Shown here: piece by piece, positions 19,348-29,336 of the stretch
Position numbering within the stretch: position 1 is the first letter of the stretch
Layout: the number at the start of each line of letters is the position of its first letter
Assembly (NCBI GenBank): GCA_021325135.1
Contig: JAJPHT010000046.1
Coordinates: 64,001 to 128,000, forward strand
Reading direction: 5' to 3'
DNA length: 64,000 nt
From: Pseudomonadota bacterium
GTDB taxonomy: Archaea > Thermoplasmatota > SW-10-69-26 > JACQPN01 > JAJPHT01
The notes under the pieces: generated by a model
Seen by the model: the letters and a program-made list of their open reading frames with translations, nothing else
Databases searched by the model: none
Told to the model about the DNA's origin: nothing
Position numbers and translations under genes: made by a program

Positions 19348-20403
19348 TCAACGAGCCTCATCTTGCCGATCTTTGGCAGAGAATGTCTGGAAGGTCTCGC
19401 GGGATGAAGCCGCCGTTGCAATGATGATCCCTGAAAGGGCACCGGCGAAAGTCCCGAGAAATCCGTTTGGCTCTTGGATGACAAGAATAAACATGGTCAT
19501 CCATAGCACAATGGAGCACAACGAGATTACCCATACGCGGGCGTCTCCTCGCTGGAAAATCACCCCTAAAATCATGATGCCGAGCGAGATGAATGCCGTC
19601 GCGAGCACAATCCAGGCGAATGCATTTGACGGGATCGGGTGCATGAGCGTGGGATCCCATAGTTTGTAGAACCCCGCAGTGGAGAATGCAAGCCCGAGTC
19701 CTCCGAGCAGGGCGAGTGACAGCCCAGTTTGGGCAAGTGTTTCCTTGACGCGAGACCACGAGGAGCGCTTCCCCGTCTTTTGTGCTTGAGTCTTGATGCG
19801 GGGAACTGATGGAACAGGATTGAGCCCCATTGCTGTCGTGACAAGCGGCATCCAGTTCACGTCACGCTCCGCCCGCTTGCCACCAATTGGCATCGCGTAG
19901 ATTCGGACGGCCTCCCAACGCTCCCAGCCGCCGTTCGCCGGAAGTTCAATCAAGAATGTCTTCGCGTGGTAAGGTGGAATGAGATATTCCTGTCCCTTCG
20001 CATGCTGACTGTCAGGCCCAAAGTAGTCCAGCGCAAACGAAGGACCTTCTTGACCCCATTCGATCAGTTCTCTCGGAATTCCCCAATGGTGGTGCTCCTC
20101 CCACTTGCCATTGGGCAACATGACGAGGACGCCCATTGATGCAATTTGGGCTGCGCTCCGACCCGCATTGGACACGGACATGAGGAAACGGAGCATCTGA
20201 CGCTTGGGGTCGGACGGATGGTTCTGGATTCCGTTAAAATGAACCACGAACAAAGGTCCCCCCTGCTCGAAATGGTCTCGCTGAAGCCGGTTCAGTTGCG
20301 ATGACACGCGCCAGAGAAGAATAGCAAACAGAGCTTGAACAGCCCCCGCTATTGCAAGGACAACGTTCGTAACGTCCAACGTGGCCACTGCGACAAAGAA
20401 CAT
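19348..20403 (-). CDS. Orphan membrane protein in a lower-GC segment
   Basis: N-terminal TM, soluble middle domain, four C-terminal TM; atypical codon use. Confidence 0.6.
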   Translation of the reverse strand: MFFVAVATLDVTNVVLAIAGAVQALFAILLWRVSSQLNRLQRDHFEQGGPLFVVHFNGIQNHPSDPKRQMLRFLMSVSNAGRSAAQIASMGVLVMLPNGKWEEHHHWGIPRELIEWGQEGPSFALDYFGPDSQHAKGQEYLIPPYHAKTFLIELPANGGWERWEAVRIYAMPIGGKRAERDVNWMPLVTTAMGLNPVPSVPRIKTQAQKTGKRSSWSRVKETLAQTGLSLALLGGLGLAFSTAGFYKLWDPTLMHPIPSNAFAWIVLATAFISLGIMILGVIFQRGDARVWVISLCSIVLWMTMFILVIQEPNGFLGTFAGALSGIIIATAASSRETFQTFSAKDRQDEAR

Positions 20404-20512
20404 CGAGCGACGTTTGAGCCTGCTGAACTTTGGCGAGAACCGGATGCGGTTTTCCCTGCCCCCTCGTTAGGGTAGCAGGTTGGCCCATGCCCCGGGCCTC
20501 GCTCCTGCATTT

Positions 20513-20920
20513 TCACCGCACGATGGAGAGGTCCACGTCGTAGTCGAAGACGCACCGCTCGACGCCTCCGGAAGGGCACCGCAGCCCCAGGAAGTAGTCG
20601 CCGGGCCGGAGGATGGTCTCCTGGGTGGTGCTGCCGCTGCCGCAGGCCCACGCGCCCGACTCGCTGCCGCCGGCGCTCCAGGCCTGCGCGTAGGTGGAGT
20701 TGAGGAGGCAGACGCGCGCGGCGCCCGAGGAGGCGCGCACGGAGAAGGAGGCGTGCGCGGTCTGGAGCACCCGCAGCGGCTCGACGGCGGTGTCGCCGGG
20801 GCCCATGTCGCGGTGGACGCCGTGGCGGTGCACCTCGTCGCGGGCCGCGCCCAGGGAGGTGGCGGCGCAGCCCGAGAGGAGGGCGAGGAGGGCGACCAGG
20901 AGGGGGGCCAGGCGAGGCAT
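20513..20920 (-). CDS. Putative lipoprotein with 4 further Cys
   Basis: Lipobox-like LLSGC. Confidence 0.65.
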   Translation of the reverse strand: MPRLAPLLVALLALLSGCAATSLGAARDEVHRHGVHRDMGPGDTAVEPLRVLQTAHASFSVRASSGAARVCLLNSTYAQAWSAGGSESGAWACGSGSTTQETILRPGDYFLGLRCPSGGVERCVFDYDVDLSIVR

Positions 20921-21097
20921 GGAGGGGCCAACGCCTCGGCGCGGAAAGCCGTGGCGGCTGCCCCTCCCGGGCGCCCGAAGGGGCCAAGGCTACGGATTCC
21001 GCAGCGTTAGCAGGGGAAAGACCCTTTGGCCTGCCCCCTCGGAAGCTTGATGACCGGGCAGGCGTCCTGGCGCCCAAACCGGGAGGAACCGACCCCA

Positions 21098-21496
21098 ATG
21101 TCCCTGCTCCAGACCAAGCTGAAGATCCTCGTCGGCCAGGAGATCGTCGTCGTCATGGAGGACAACCGCGCCTTCCGCGGCACCCTCATCGAGTTCGACG
21201 CCGAGACCCTGGTCCTGCGCAACGTCGTCGAGGCGCTGCCCAACAACGCCTCCGGCTGGGAGGAGCCCACCTCGTCCACGGGCATCGTCCAGAAGGTCGT
21301 CACGTGGCAGGGCGTCTTCAGCCACGAGAACACCAACGCGGACATCGTGAAGCTCAAGGACGTCATGATCCAGACGGCCCACGTGCTGCGCATCTGGGAG
21401 TGGAGCCTCAAGAACGTCGAGAAGCCCAGCCACGTCGAGATGGCGGGCAACTCCCCCGTCACCATGGCGGGCACGCGCGTCACGCGCAAGCCGTGA
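21098..21496 (+). CDS. Sm/Lsm-fold protein with long internal insertion
   Basis: Sm1-like LVGQEIVVVMEDNRAFRGTLIEFD..LVL.NVVE; Sm2-like DVMIQTAHVLRI; GGAGG upstream. Confidence 0.75.
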   Translation: MSLLQTKLKILVGQEIVVVMEDNRAFRGTLIEFDAETLVLRNVVEALPNNASGWEEPTSSTGIVQKVVTWQGVFSHENTNADIVKLKDVMIQTAHVLRIWEWSLKNVEKPSHVEMAGNSPVTMAGTRVTRKP

Positions 21497-21510
21497 GGCC
21501 GGGTCGGGAT

Positions 21511-21559
21511 TCGTTTCTTTTTTCGCTTGCTTTCTTGGGGGGCTCCGCCCCCTCGCACC
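21511..21559 (+). terminator. T-rich terminator followed by a single REP-like unit
   Basis: TTTCTTTTTTCG...TTTCTT then GGGGGGCTCCGCCCCCTCGCACC. Confidence 0.55.
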
Positions 21560-21664
21560 TTTCCAGGGCTCGATGATGGCGCTCGCGAGTTGAAGGGTAC
21601 CCTCGACGGCGGAGCGGTGAGATTATGGCGGCGCGCGCTGCTCCACGCCCGGAGTGCGAGGCCC

Positions 21665-23026
21665 ATGAGCAAGACAGGCAGGATCGAACGCAAGGTTGGA
21701 AGCGCACCGAAGACCGTCGCTCTCGTCGTCGCGCTCCTCGCGATCTCTCTCGCGCACCCCGCCGGGGCGTTGCCGCCATCGAGCGACGCCTCAGACCTGG
21801 ACGTCAAGGCGGTCGGCCTCGTTTCCATCTCGTCCGAGGGCAACGTTGGCGTCGGGTCGTGCACGAACGTTCCCATGGCGCTGACCCTCCGCGGAGGGGA
21901 GGCCAGCTTCACCTACGAGCAGACCCTTGGAGTCGGTGAGCCTGGCGGAACCGACGCCGCAGACCTCCCTTGCCTGACCGATTGGGCGGGCATGGGCCAA
22001 TGGCTGGTCTCGTCCTCTCTCCCGGACGATGCCTGCGCGAACCGGGCCGTGGCGTCGTCGGGCACGCTGACCCGCTCGGAAAACGACGTCCGGGTCGTGG
22101 CCACCCCGCCAGCCTGTCTCGGGAACTTCCAGAGCCTCAGCGTCCACCTCACGATCGCGAGCGACGCGGTCGACCTGCTGGAGACCGCCCACGAAGTGCT
22201 CTCGGACGGAACGCTCGCGAGCACGTGGACCGTGCAAGGGAGCCTTGTCCTCGTCCCCGAACCCACCGTTCCCACTGTTCCCACTGTTCCCACTGTTCCC
22301 CCCACCCCAGACGTCCTCCAGGCCATCCGCGACCTGCCCACCGTCGGGACCTCGGGCCCCCTCACGACGGCCACGATCTATCGCGCCGACGACGTCGCCT
22401 TCGCTCCCGCCGTGCCGCTCCCCCCTGCGGACGTGCCGGGGCAACAGACGCCCGACGACCCGGGCACGAGCTCCGTCCCCACGCCGCTTGGCCTGGGCGC
22501 CTCGCTCCAGGTCTGCGATTCGGGCTCCGCGACCGGGTGCGGCGCAGCAGGACCGCAGGGCTTCCTTTGCGTGGACCTCCATCTTGTTACGCCCAACGGC
22601 CCCACGAGGGTCCCTCTTGCCTGCGTGGAGAAGCGCCAGCTCCAGGGAGCGGACTCCCTCATCCCCCGCCAGGACGACCTTCCGCTCGTGGGGTCCACGC
22701 TCGTTCCCGGAACGCCGCCAGAGAACGTCCCCGATGCCCCCTCCGCGCCCGCGGGCTCGCTGGGTGGCACACCCCGTCTGAACGCCTCGGTCGACGCGAG
22801 CTACACGTATGCGGGCCAGCACCTGGGCCCCGGCTTCGGCGTTCTGGGCCACCCGGTCTGCCAGCCTTTCCTCGCCACGCCTGACGAGGCGCCATGGTTC
22901 CTCACGCACGGGTACGACCTCACGCTCGACGTGAAAGTGACGGCCTACGCGGACGGGACTGCGCTGGGGACGTGGAGCGGAAGCGTTCCCTGGTTGGGAC
23001 AGCTCGTCGCCGCGGCGAACTGCTGA
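21665..23026 (+). CDS. Secreted two-domain protein with (PTV)4 linker
   Basis: Signal peptide ending PAGA, 10 Cys, Pro/Thr linker. Confidence 0.7.
   Translation: MSKTGRIERKVGSAPKTVALVVALLAISLAHPAGALPPSSDASDLDVKAVGLVSISSEGNVGVGSCTNVPMALTLRGGEASFTYEQTLGVGEPGGTDAADLPCLTDWAGMGQWLVSSSLPDDACANRAVASSGTLTRSENDVRVVATPPACLGNFQSLSVHLTIASDAVDLLETAHEVLSDGTLASTWTVQGSLVLVPEPTVPTVPTVPTVPPTPDVLQAIRDLPTVGTSGPLTTATIYRADDVAFAPAVPLPPADVPGQQTPDDPGTSSVPTPLGLGASLQVCDSGSATGCGAAGPQGFLCVDLHLVTPNGPTRVPLACVEKRQLQGADSLIPRQDDLPLVGSTLVPGTPPENVPDAPSAPAGSLGGTPRLNASVDASYTYAGQHLGPGFGVLGHPVCQPFLATPDEAPWFLTHGYDLTLDVKVTAYADGTALGTWSGSVPWLGQLVAAANC
22262..22297 (+). repeat. 9-bp in-frame tandem repeat x4
   Basis: CCCAC(C/T)GTT x4 encoding PTV. 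Confidence 0.9.
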
Positions 23027-23034
23027 AAGCGCCC

Positions 23035-24189
23035 TTACCCGCCGCTCACCGGGACGAGCGTGAAGCAGAGGACGCCCATGACGAAGGTGGCCCATCCGAT
23101 GATGAGGCGCTTGCGGTCGATGCCGCTGACGCCGTCCAGCGTGGGGGGGTGGCGCACGCCGAGGAATCCAATGAGGAGCGCGAAGAAGAGCCAGCCGTCG
23201 TAGCCGGGGAGCCCGAGTAGGGGCGAGAGGCCGAGGCCCAGGAGGCCCACCACCGCGGCGTAGCTGGCGAAGCGGGCGCGGTCGCCGAACATGGCGCTGG
23301 CGATGTGGCCGCCGTCGAGCTGGCCCGCGGGGAGGAGGTTGATGGCGGTGACGAAGAGGCCCACCCAGCCCGCGAAGGCCGTGGGGTGCGTCAGCGCGTT
23401 GGCGGGGAGGTGGAACGGCGTCGCGAGGAGGTCGTAGAGGAGGGGCGTGCCGATGGTGACGCTGCCGGGCTCGTTGGCCGCGACGAGGACGGGGTGCGCC
23501 GCCATGAGGGCGAGGCCGATGAGCAGCACGGGCACCGCGACGAAGAAGCCGGCGATGGGCCCCGCGGCCCCGATGTCAAACAGGGCCTTGCGGTTGGGCA
23601 TGGGCTCGCGCATGCCGATGAAGGCTCCGAACGTGCCGATGTTGAGCCCCAGGCCCGGGGGCACGGGGATGAAGAAGGGGAGCGAGGCGTCCATGCCGTG
23701 GCGCCGGGTCATGACGTAGTGGCCCATCTCGTGGATGGTGAGGATCGCCATGAGGGGCAGCGCGAAGGTGAGGAAGCCCAGGCCGACGCTCTGGGCGCTG
23801 AAGACGGCCTTCACGTACTCCAGCTGCGTGACGTTGGACGTGTCGAAGTCGTGATGATAGTAGGAGAACGCGCTGAAGGCGCCGGCCAGCGTGGTGGTGA
23901 CGACGGTCAGCGCGAAGAGGATGGCGTTGAGCTTCCAGCCGCGGCGCGTGCGCGTGGGGTTGCGCACGACGTAGATGGCGTGCTCGCCCCCCTGGTACTT
24001 CAGCAGGGGGAGGAGGCCCTCGGGCTTCAGGTCGCGCTTCAAGGCCTCGAAGTCGGTCTCCAGCGAGCCGTCGGTCGCGTGCACGAAGAACGCGATCACG
24101 TTCTCGTCGCCCTGCACGTCGTAGACGCGGAAGCGCTGCTCGACGCGGGCGCGGATGGCCGGCACGTCGAGGAAGACCCCATCGGGCAC
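23035..24189 (-). CDS. Site-2 protease, M50 family
   Basis: HEMGH, AGPIAG, NLLPAGQLDGGH. Confidence 0.92.
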   Translation of the reverse strand: MPDGVFLDVPAIRARVEQRFRVYDVQGDENVIAFFVHATDGSLETDFEALKRDLKPEGLLPLLKYQGGEHAIYVVRNPTRTRRGWKLNAILFALTVVTTTLAGAFSAFSYYHHDFDTSNVTQLEYVKAVFSAQSVGLGFLTFALPLMAILTIHEMGHYVMTRRHGMDASLPFFIPVPPGLGLNIGTFGAFIGMREPMPNRKALFDIGAAGPIAGFFVAVPVLLIGLALMAAHPVLVAANEPGSVTIGTPLLYDLLATPFHLPANALTHPTAFAGWVGLFVTAINLLPAGQLDGGHIASAMFGDRARFASYAAVVGLLGLGLSPLLGLPGYDGWLFFALLIGFLGVRHPPTLDGVSGIDRKRLIIGWATFVMGVLCFTLVPVSGG

Positions 24190-24229
24190 GGGGGGTCCCT
24201 AAGCCCGCCGCCACTTAAGGGTTGGGGCC

Positions 24230-25414
24230 TTAGGCCAGGTGCCGCTGGAGAATGGGTCCCGCCTTGGCGGGCGCGGCGTCGCGCTTGGCGGCGGGCACCA
24301 TGACGCGCAGGCGCCAGTGGTCGCGCTGCGCGACGCCCAGCCCCCGCACGAGGCTGCTCACCGCGTCCACGTCGACCACGCGGCCGCTCTCCAGCACGAC
24401 GCGCGCGCTGTGCTCGGGGAGGATGGGGGGCTCGGGCACGTCCACGATCACGTCCACCGGCGAGCAGCCCAGCGCGGCGGCGATCTCCGCCTCCAGGGCC
24501 TGCTGGCGCTTGGTGCTGGCGGCCAACTCGGTGATGGCGTCCTCGCGGTAGTCGCCCATGGGCTCCTCCAGCGCGACCTTCAGCAGCTTGCGGTGGTCGA
24601 CGGCCAGCATGATGCGCCATGCGTCGGACTTGGTGCAGTGGCGCAGCAGAAACGTCGCCGCGAGGTCGTCCATGCGGGGGAGGTCCTCGGGCTTGATCTC
24701 GCCCCCGTCCAGGGCGAGGCGGAAGGCGCGCTCGATCATGCGCTCGCCCACGCGGCACGTGCGATGCAGGTAGACCGCGGCGTACATCTGCAGCCGCGTG
24801 ACGAGGAGCATCTCCGCCGCGGTGATGCTGCTCTCGCGGATGGCGATGCCCTGCGGCGTGAGCACGAGGTCCTGCACCAGCCGCTCCAGGTCCACGCCGA
24901 TGTGGACGCCGGTGTAGTGCGAGTCGCGCACGAGGTAGTCCATGCGGTCCACGTCCACGTCGCCCGAGACGAGGCTGCCCAGCGGGCCCTCGCCGCGCAC
25001 GAGGTCCGCCACCAGGCGCGGGTCGACGCCGTGGCGCTGGAGCACCTCGGGGATGGCTCCCTTCTGGAGCGCCTCGATGGCGAGGTCCTCGTGGCTCTTG
25101 CCCAGGTAGTCCCGATAAAGAGGGTCCGCCGTGTGGCTGAAGGGTCCGTGCCCCACGTCGTGGAGGAGCGCCGCGGCCTGGACGGCCCGCGCGTCGTCGC
25201 GCTTCAATTCCAGCGCGGCGGCGGCGCGGCCCGCCAGGTGCCACGCGCCCAGGGAGTGCTCGAAGCGCGTGTGGTTCGCGCCGGGATACACGAGGTTCCC
25301 CGTGCCAAGCTGGTGGATGCGCCGCAGCCTCTGGAGGCGCGGGAGGTCCACCAGGTCCGAGCCCAGCTCGTCGAGGAGGATGTAGTTGTGGATGGGGTCG
25401 CGGACCCGGAGCAC
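24230..25414 (-). CDS. HD-domain phosphohydrolase (dNTPase/SAMHD1-like)
   Basis: RDPIH, QRLRRIHQLG, HTRFEHSLG, LLHDVGHGPFSH, DVDRMDYLVRD. Confidence 0.92.
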   Translation of the reverse strand: MLRVRDPIHNYILLDELGSDLVDLPRLQRLRRIHQLGTGNLVYPGANHTRFEHSLGAWHLAGRAAAALELKRDDARAVQAAALLHDVGHGPFSHTADPLYRDYLGKSHEDLAIEALQKGAIPEVLQRHGVDPRLVADLVRGEGPLGSLVSGDVDVDRMDYLVRDSHYTGVHIGVDLERLVQDLVLTPQGIAIRESSITAAEMLLVTRLQMYAAVYLHRTCRVGERMIERAFRLALDGGEIKPEDLPRMDDLAATFLLRHCTKSDAWRIMLAVDHRKLLKVALEEPMGDYREDAITELAASTKRQQALEAEIAAALGCSPVDVIVDVPEPPILPEHSARVVLESGRVVDVDAVSSLVRGLGVAQRDHWRLRVMVPAAKRDAAPAKAGPILQRHLA

Positions 25415-25473
25415 GAGGCGGAAGAGGCCGGGCCTGCGCTTGAGGTTAGCCCCTTCCGCCCCGACGCGCCGGC

Positions 25474-26547
25474 TCAGGAATCGGCCGCCAGCGTCCCCGC
25501 GCTGAACGGGGCCTGGAGGAACAGCCAGTAGCCGTCGTCTCCGCCGTGGGTGTAGCAGGCGCCCGGGCCCCAGATGGTGGCCCACGCGCTGAGGCAGTCG
25601 TTCGAGTCCGTGCTGGGCGTGATGGCTCCGTCCACCTGGCAGGAGATGGTCGCGCCCGTCGTGGGGTCCGCGATGACCACGGGGCCCGCGGTGTCGTCAA
25701 CGCCGAAGGCGCCGGCCACCGCGAAGCCGGTGATGTCCGAGGCGATTCCGCTGGTGGAGTGCACATTCAGGCCGTAGCCGCAACCGTCGGCCGCGTCCCA
25801 CTGGTCGCTGCTGCCGAAGAAGCCCCCGGCGTCGCCCACGTCGTAGTCGCCGTCGAAGTCGCCGGGAGTGCCGTCGCCGTTGCAGTCCTGCACGTTGGAG
25901 TCGGCCACGCTCACCGGCGTCGTGCCGGGAGCCTCCGAGACCTTCGCGAGGAACGGGGGGCGGCCGGCGGGCCCGCCGTACGTGTGGATGGACTGGATCG
26001 CGTTGCAGCCGCCGTTGGGCGGAGGGGGGCTGCCGTGGACGTTGACGTCGCAGAAGACCCAGTAGTCCGCGCTGCCGGCCCCCACGAGCCCGCTCTCGTT
26101 GGCCACGCACGTCCACGGCGTGACCCCGTTGCCCGTGACGAAGGCGCTGTAGCCCGGGTCGGAGAAGGGGAGGGCGAGGGGTTGCGTGGCGGAGAGGGGG
26201 CCGCAGGCCGAGGTCACCGTGAGGACGCCGGCGCCGGCCGCGGCGTGATAGCCCCCGGCGTCGACCTCCGCGCAGTCCTCGGGGAGGGGGGAGCCGGAGG
26301 GCACGCAGGAGATGCCCGGGTCCGGGCTGGAGAGCGTCGCGCCCGAGGAGACGGCCGCATGGGTGTGGACGTCCACGCAGTCGTACCCCGCCGGGGCCGC
26401 CAGGAGGAAGACACCCTGGTTGGCGAAGCGGTGGATCGTCGCGTGGGCGGTGGGCGCGTCGCTGGCGGACGCGAAGGGTGTGAGGGCGCAGAAGGCCCCC
26501 AGCAGGATCAGCGGAACCAGCAAGGAAGGAAGGGCAAGGCGCGGCAT
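25474..26547 (-). CDS. Secreted 12-Cys protein (tandem paralog A)
   Basis: Signal peptide, DCNGDGTPGDFDGDYD motif, collinear with 26636..27700. Confidence 0.85.
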   Translation of the reverse strand: MPRLALPSLLVPLILLGAFCALTPFASASDAPTAHATIHRFANQGVFLLAAPAGYDCVDVHTHAAVSSGATLSSPDPGISCVPSGSPLPEDCAEVDAGGYHAAAGAGVLTVTSACGPLSATQPLALPFSDPGYSAFVTGNGVTPWTCVANESGLVGAGSADYWVFCDVNVHGSPPPPNGGCNAIQSIHTYGGPAGRPPFLAKVSEAPGTTPVSVADSNVQDCNGDGTPGDFDGDYDVGDAGGFFGSSDQWDAADGCGYGLNVHSTSGIASDITGFAVAGAFGVDDTAGPVVIADPTTGATISCQVDGAITPSTDSNDCLSAWATIWGPGACYTHGGDDGYWLFLQAPFSAGTLAADS

Positions 26548-26635
26548 GCGGCTCCCACAGAAGTTACCCCCGGCCAATGCTTTTCTGGAGGAAACTTGTG
26601 GGAAACCACTAGCATATGGAGCCTTTTCCACGCGC

Positions 26636-27700
26636 TCACGTCGTCGCCGTCAGCGTCCCCGTGGTGAACGGGGGCTGCAGGAAGAGCCAGTAGCCGTCGT
26701 CGCCGCCGGAGGCGGGGCACGGGCCGGGGCTCCAGGTGCCGACCCACGCGTGGAGGCAGTCGCTGGCCGTGGTCATGGGCGTGATGCTGCCGTCGGTCTG
26801 GCACGAGACGGTCGCGCCGGTGTTGGGGTCCGTGACGACGCTGGGGCCGTTGGCGTCGTCGACGCCGTAGAAGCCGGCGACGACCGCTCCGCTGGAGTCC
26901 GAGGCCGTGCCCGTGGTGGCGTGGACGTTGAGGCCGTAGCCGCAGTTGTCCGTCACGTCCCACGCGTCGGACGAGCCGAAGAAGCCGCCCGCGTCGCCGG
27001 TGTCGTAGTCGCCGTCGAAGTCGCCGGGGATGGCATCGCCGTTGCAGTCGTCGAGGTTGGAGTCGCTCACGTGCACCGTCTGCGCGCCGGGCGCCGCGGC
27101 GGACTCCGAGAGAATCGGCGAGCGCGGGAAGAACGCGCCGTAGGTGTGCGTGGCCTGGGGGGCGAGGCACCCGCCCTGGGCGGGCTGCGGGATGGGGAGG
27201 TTCAGGTCGCAGAAGACCCAGTAGTCCGTCGCGTTGGGGGCGCTCAGGAGCGCGCTCTCGTCCGCGACGCACGTCCAGGGCGTCTCGCCGTTGCCCAGGA
27301 CGAACGTGCTGTGCCCGGGGTCGCTGAAGGGGAGGACGAGGGCCTGGGAGGCGCTCAGCGCGCCGCACGCGGAGGTCACGGTGAGGACGCCCGCGCCCGC
27401 GACGGCGTGATAGCCCCCCGCGTCGACCTCGCTGCACGTCTCGGGGCCCGCGGCGCCGGAGGGCGAGCACGAGACGCCGGGGCTGGGGCTCGCGAGGACG
27501 CTGCCGCGCGCCACGGGAGCGCCCGTGTGGACGTCCACGCAGTCGTAGCCCACGGGGGAGACCAGCAGGAGCGCGCCCGCGCTGGGGAAGTGGTGCATCG
27601 TGACGTGCGCCGCGGGCGCGGCCGTGGCGCCCGCCGGGGACGCGACCAGGGCGACGCTCGCGAGAAGGAGAAGGGCCGCCAGCGCGGAAGATCGGGTCAT
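26636..27700 (-). CDS. Secreted 12-Cys protein (tandem paralog B)
   Basis: Signal peptide, DCNGDAIPGDFDGDYD motif, all 12 mature Cys conserved with paralog A. Confidence 0.85.
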   Translation of the reverse strand: MTRSSALAALLLLASVALVASPAGATAAPAAHVTMHHFPSAGALLLVSPVGYDCVDVHTGAPVARGSVLASPSPGVSCSPSGAAGPETCSEVDAGGYHAVAGAGVLTVTSACGALSASQALVLPFSDPGHSTFVLGNGETPWTCVADESALLSAPNATDYWVFCDLNLPIPQPAQGGCLAPQATHTYGAFFPRSPILSESAAAPGAQTVHVSDSNLDDCNGDAIPGDFDGDYDTGDAGGFFGSSDAWDVTDNCGYGLNVHATTGTASDSSGAVVAGFYGVDDANGPSVVTDPNTGATVSCQTDGSITPMTTASDCLHAWVGTWSPGPCPASGGDDGYWLFLQPPFTTGTLTATT

Positions 27701-27798
27701 GCGGGCGCCGCCAGCGCCAAGGGAAGGAAATGCCCTTGCGGAGGAATCGCGTGAAACGCGCCGAAAACGCCTTGCGTGCCGGGCCGGCATGGCCCTCC

Positions 27799-28491
27799 GT
27801 GAGCGCGTTCCGCTGGCTGGACCCGCCCCGCGTCGTCGGCCACCGGGGCAACCCCGCCGAGGCGACGGAGAACACCCTGGAGTCGTTCCGCCTCGCGCTG
27901 GAGGCCGGCGTGCGCGCGGTGGAGCTTGACGTGCGCATGACGCGCGACGGCGAGCTCGTGGTCCACCACGACGCGGAATTGGGCCGCGTCGTCCCGGGCG
28001 CGGGGCTCGTGGAGGAGCTTCGCCGCTCCGATATCCCCGAGGTCGTGCCCGGCCTCGCCGAGGTGCTCACGCGCCTGCCCTCCGACGTGCTCGTGGACGC
28101 GGAGATCAAGGCCGACGCCGCCAACGCGGAGGAGGTCCCCGCGCGCCTCGCTGCGCTGGTGGATGCGTGCGACGCGCGGGAGCGCGTGCTGGCGACGAGC
28201 TTCGCGCCGGAATTGGCCGACGCCTACGCCGCCCTCGCGCAGCGCCCCGGCGGCATGATCCTCCCCTTCCCGCCCGACGAGGAGATGCTCGCGGAGTGGC
28301 CGCGCCTGCCCTTCGTCATGATGGCCTCCGACGCCGCGATCCCCGAGGCGTTGGCGCTTGTGAGGAAGCGCGGCGGCGTGCCGTGCGTGTGGACGGTGAA
28401 CGACGCGCGCGAGGCGGAGGCGCTCCTCGCCGCCGGCGCGGCGTCCATCATCACGGACCGGCCGCGGTCGCTGGCGGCGCGTCTGCGCTGA
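27799..28491 (+). CDS. Glycerophosphodiester phosphodiesterase
   Basis: VGHRG, ENTLESF, ELDV..TRDG..VVHHD, WTVN, IITDRP. Confidence 0.92.
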   Translation: MSAFRWLDPPRVVGHRGNPAEATENTLESFRLALEAGVRAVELDVRMTRDGELVVHHDAELGRVVPGAGLVEELRRSDIPEVVPGLAEVLTRLPSDVLVDAEIKADAANAEEVPARLAALVDACDARERVLATSFAPELADAYAALAQRPGGMILPFPPDEEMLAEWPRLPFVMMASDAAIPEALALVRKRGGVPCVWTVNDAREAEALLAAGAASIITDRPRSLAARLR

Positions 28492-29293
28492 GGCGCGTCT
28501 GCCGCGCGCCCGCCAGCGTCTGCGCGCTGAGGCGGTCCACCGCGAGGCGCGCCAGGGGCTCCAGGTTCGCGAAGTCCGCCACGTTGTACGCGACCAGGGT
28601 GCCCAGCGCGTCGGCGTCGCCGCGGTCGGCCCAGCGGCGCCACAGCTTCACCGCGTCCCACCCCGAGAGGCCCGCCAGGTGCCCGGTGCGGCCGAAGCCC
28701 AGCGTCTCCTCGATCTTCTTGAGGCCGCCGGTGAGGCCCACGCGGGCGCAGACGACGCGCAGGTCCACGTGGGGCGCCGCCGGGAGGGGCACGCCCTCGT
28801 TGGCCAGGACGGGGAGGTCGAAGGAGGCGCCGTTGAACGTGACGACGCAGGAGGCCCCCGCCAGCGCGCGGCCCACGGCCTCCGGCGTGTAGGGCTCGCC
28901 GCCCGCCGCCGCGACCTCCTCCGCGTCGCCGGAGCGCACGCGCCGCACAAACGCGCGGTCCTTGCCGCCGCGGCGCACGCCCACGACGGTGACGAGGTTG
29001 TCGCGGTCGCCCGTGGTCTCGATGTCCACGTAGGCCACGTCGTGGCCGAAGGCCTCGAAGCAGCGCCAGTGCTCGGGCTGCGGCAGGAGGCGCGCGAAGA
29101 ACTGCGGCTCGCGGCCCAGGCACGACTCGGCGACGGCGAGGATCTCGTCGTGCTGCGCCTTCACGCGGGGGCGGATGCCCTGCACGCGGGGAAGCTCGCG
29201 GTAGCTCGTCCACGAATCGACGCCCTTCTTCCAGAGGCGCGCCTCCCGGACGGGGCCGATGCCGGGCAGGAAGAGGAACGAGCGTGCGAGCAC
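28451..29293 (-). CDS. YprB-like RNase H/DnaQ-fold exonuclease with N-terminal HhH
   Basis: PGIGP, YVDIETTG, TFNGASFDLP, GGLKKIE, YNVAD. Confidence 0.85.
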   Translation of the reverse strand: MLARSFLFLPGIGPVREARLWKKGVDSWTSYRELPRVQGIRPRVKAQHDEILAVAESCLGREPQFFARLLPQPEHWRCFEAFGHDVAYVDIETTGDRDNLVTVVGVRRGGKDRAFVRRVRSGDAEEVAAAGGEPYTPEAVGRALAGASCVVTFNGASFDLPVLANEGVPLPAAPHVDLRVVCARVGLTGGLKKIEETLGFGRTGHLAGLSGWDAVKLWRRWADRGDADALGTLVAYNVADFANLEPLARLAVDRLSAQTLAGARQTRLSADAPPATAAGP

Positions 29294-29336
29294 GATGCCG
29301 CAACGAGGGCGGGGGCTCCACCTGAAGCTTTCCCCA

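Noticed and set aside
22262-22297. Phase-variable repeat
   Set aside because: The 9-bp unit is in frame and only changes linker length
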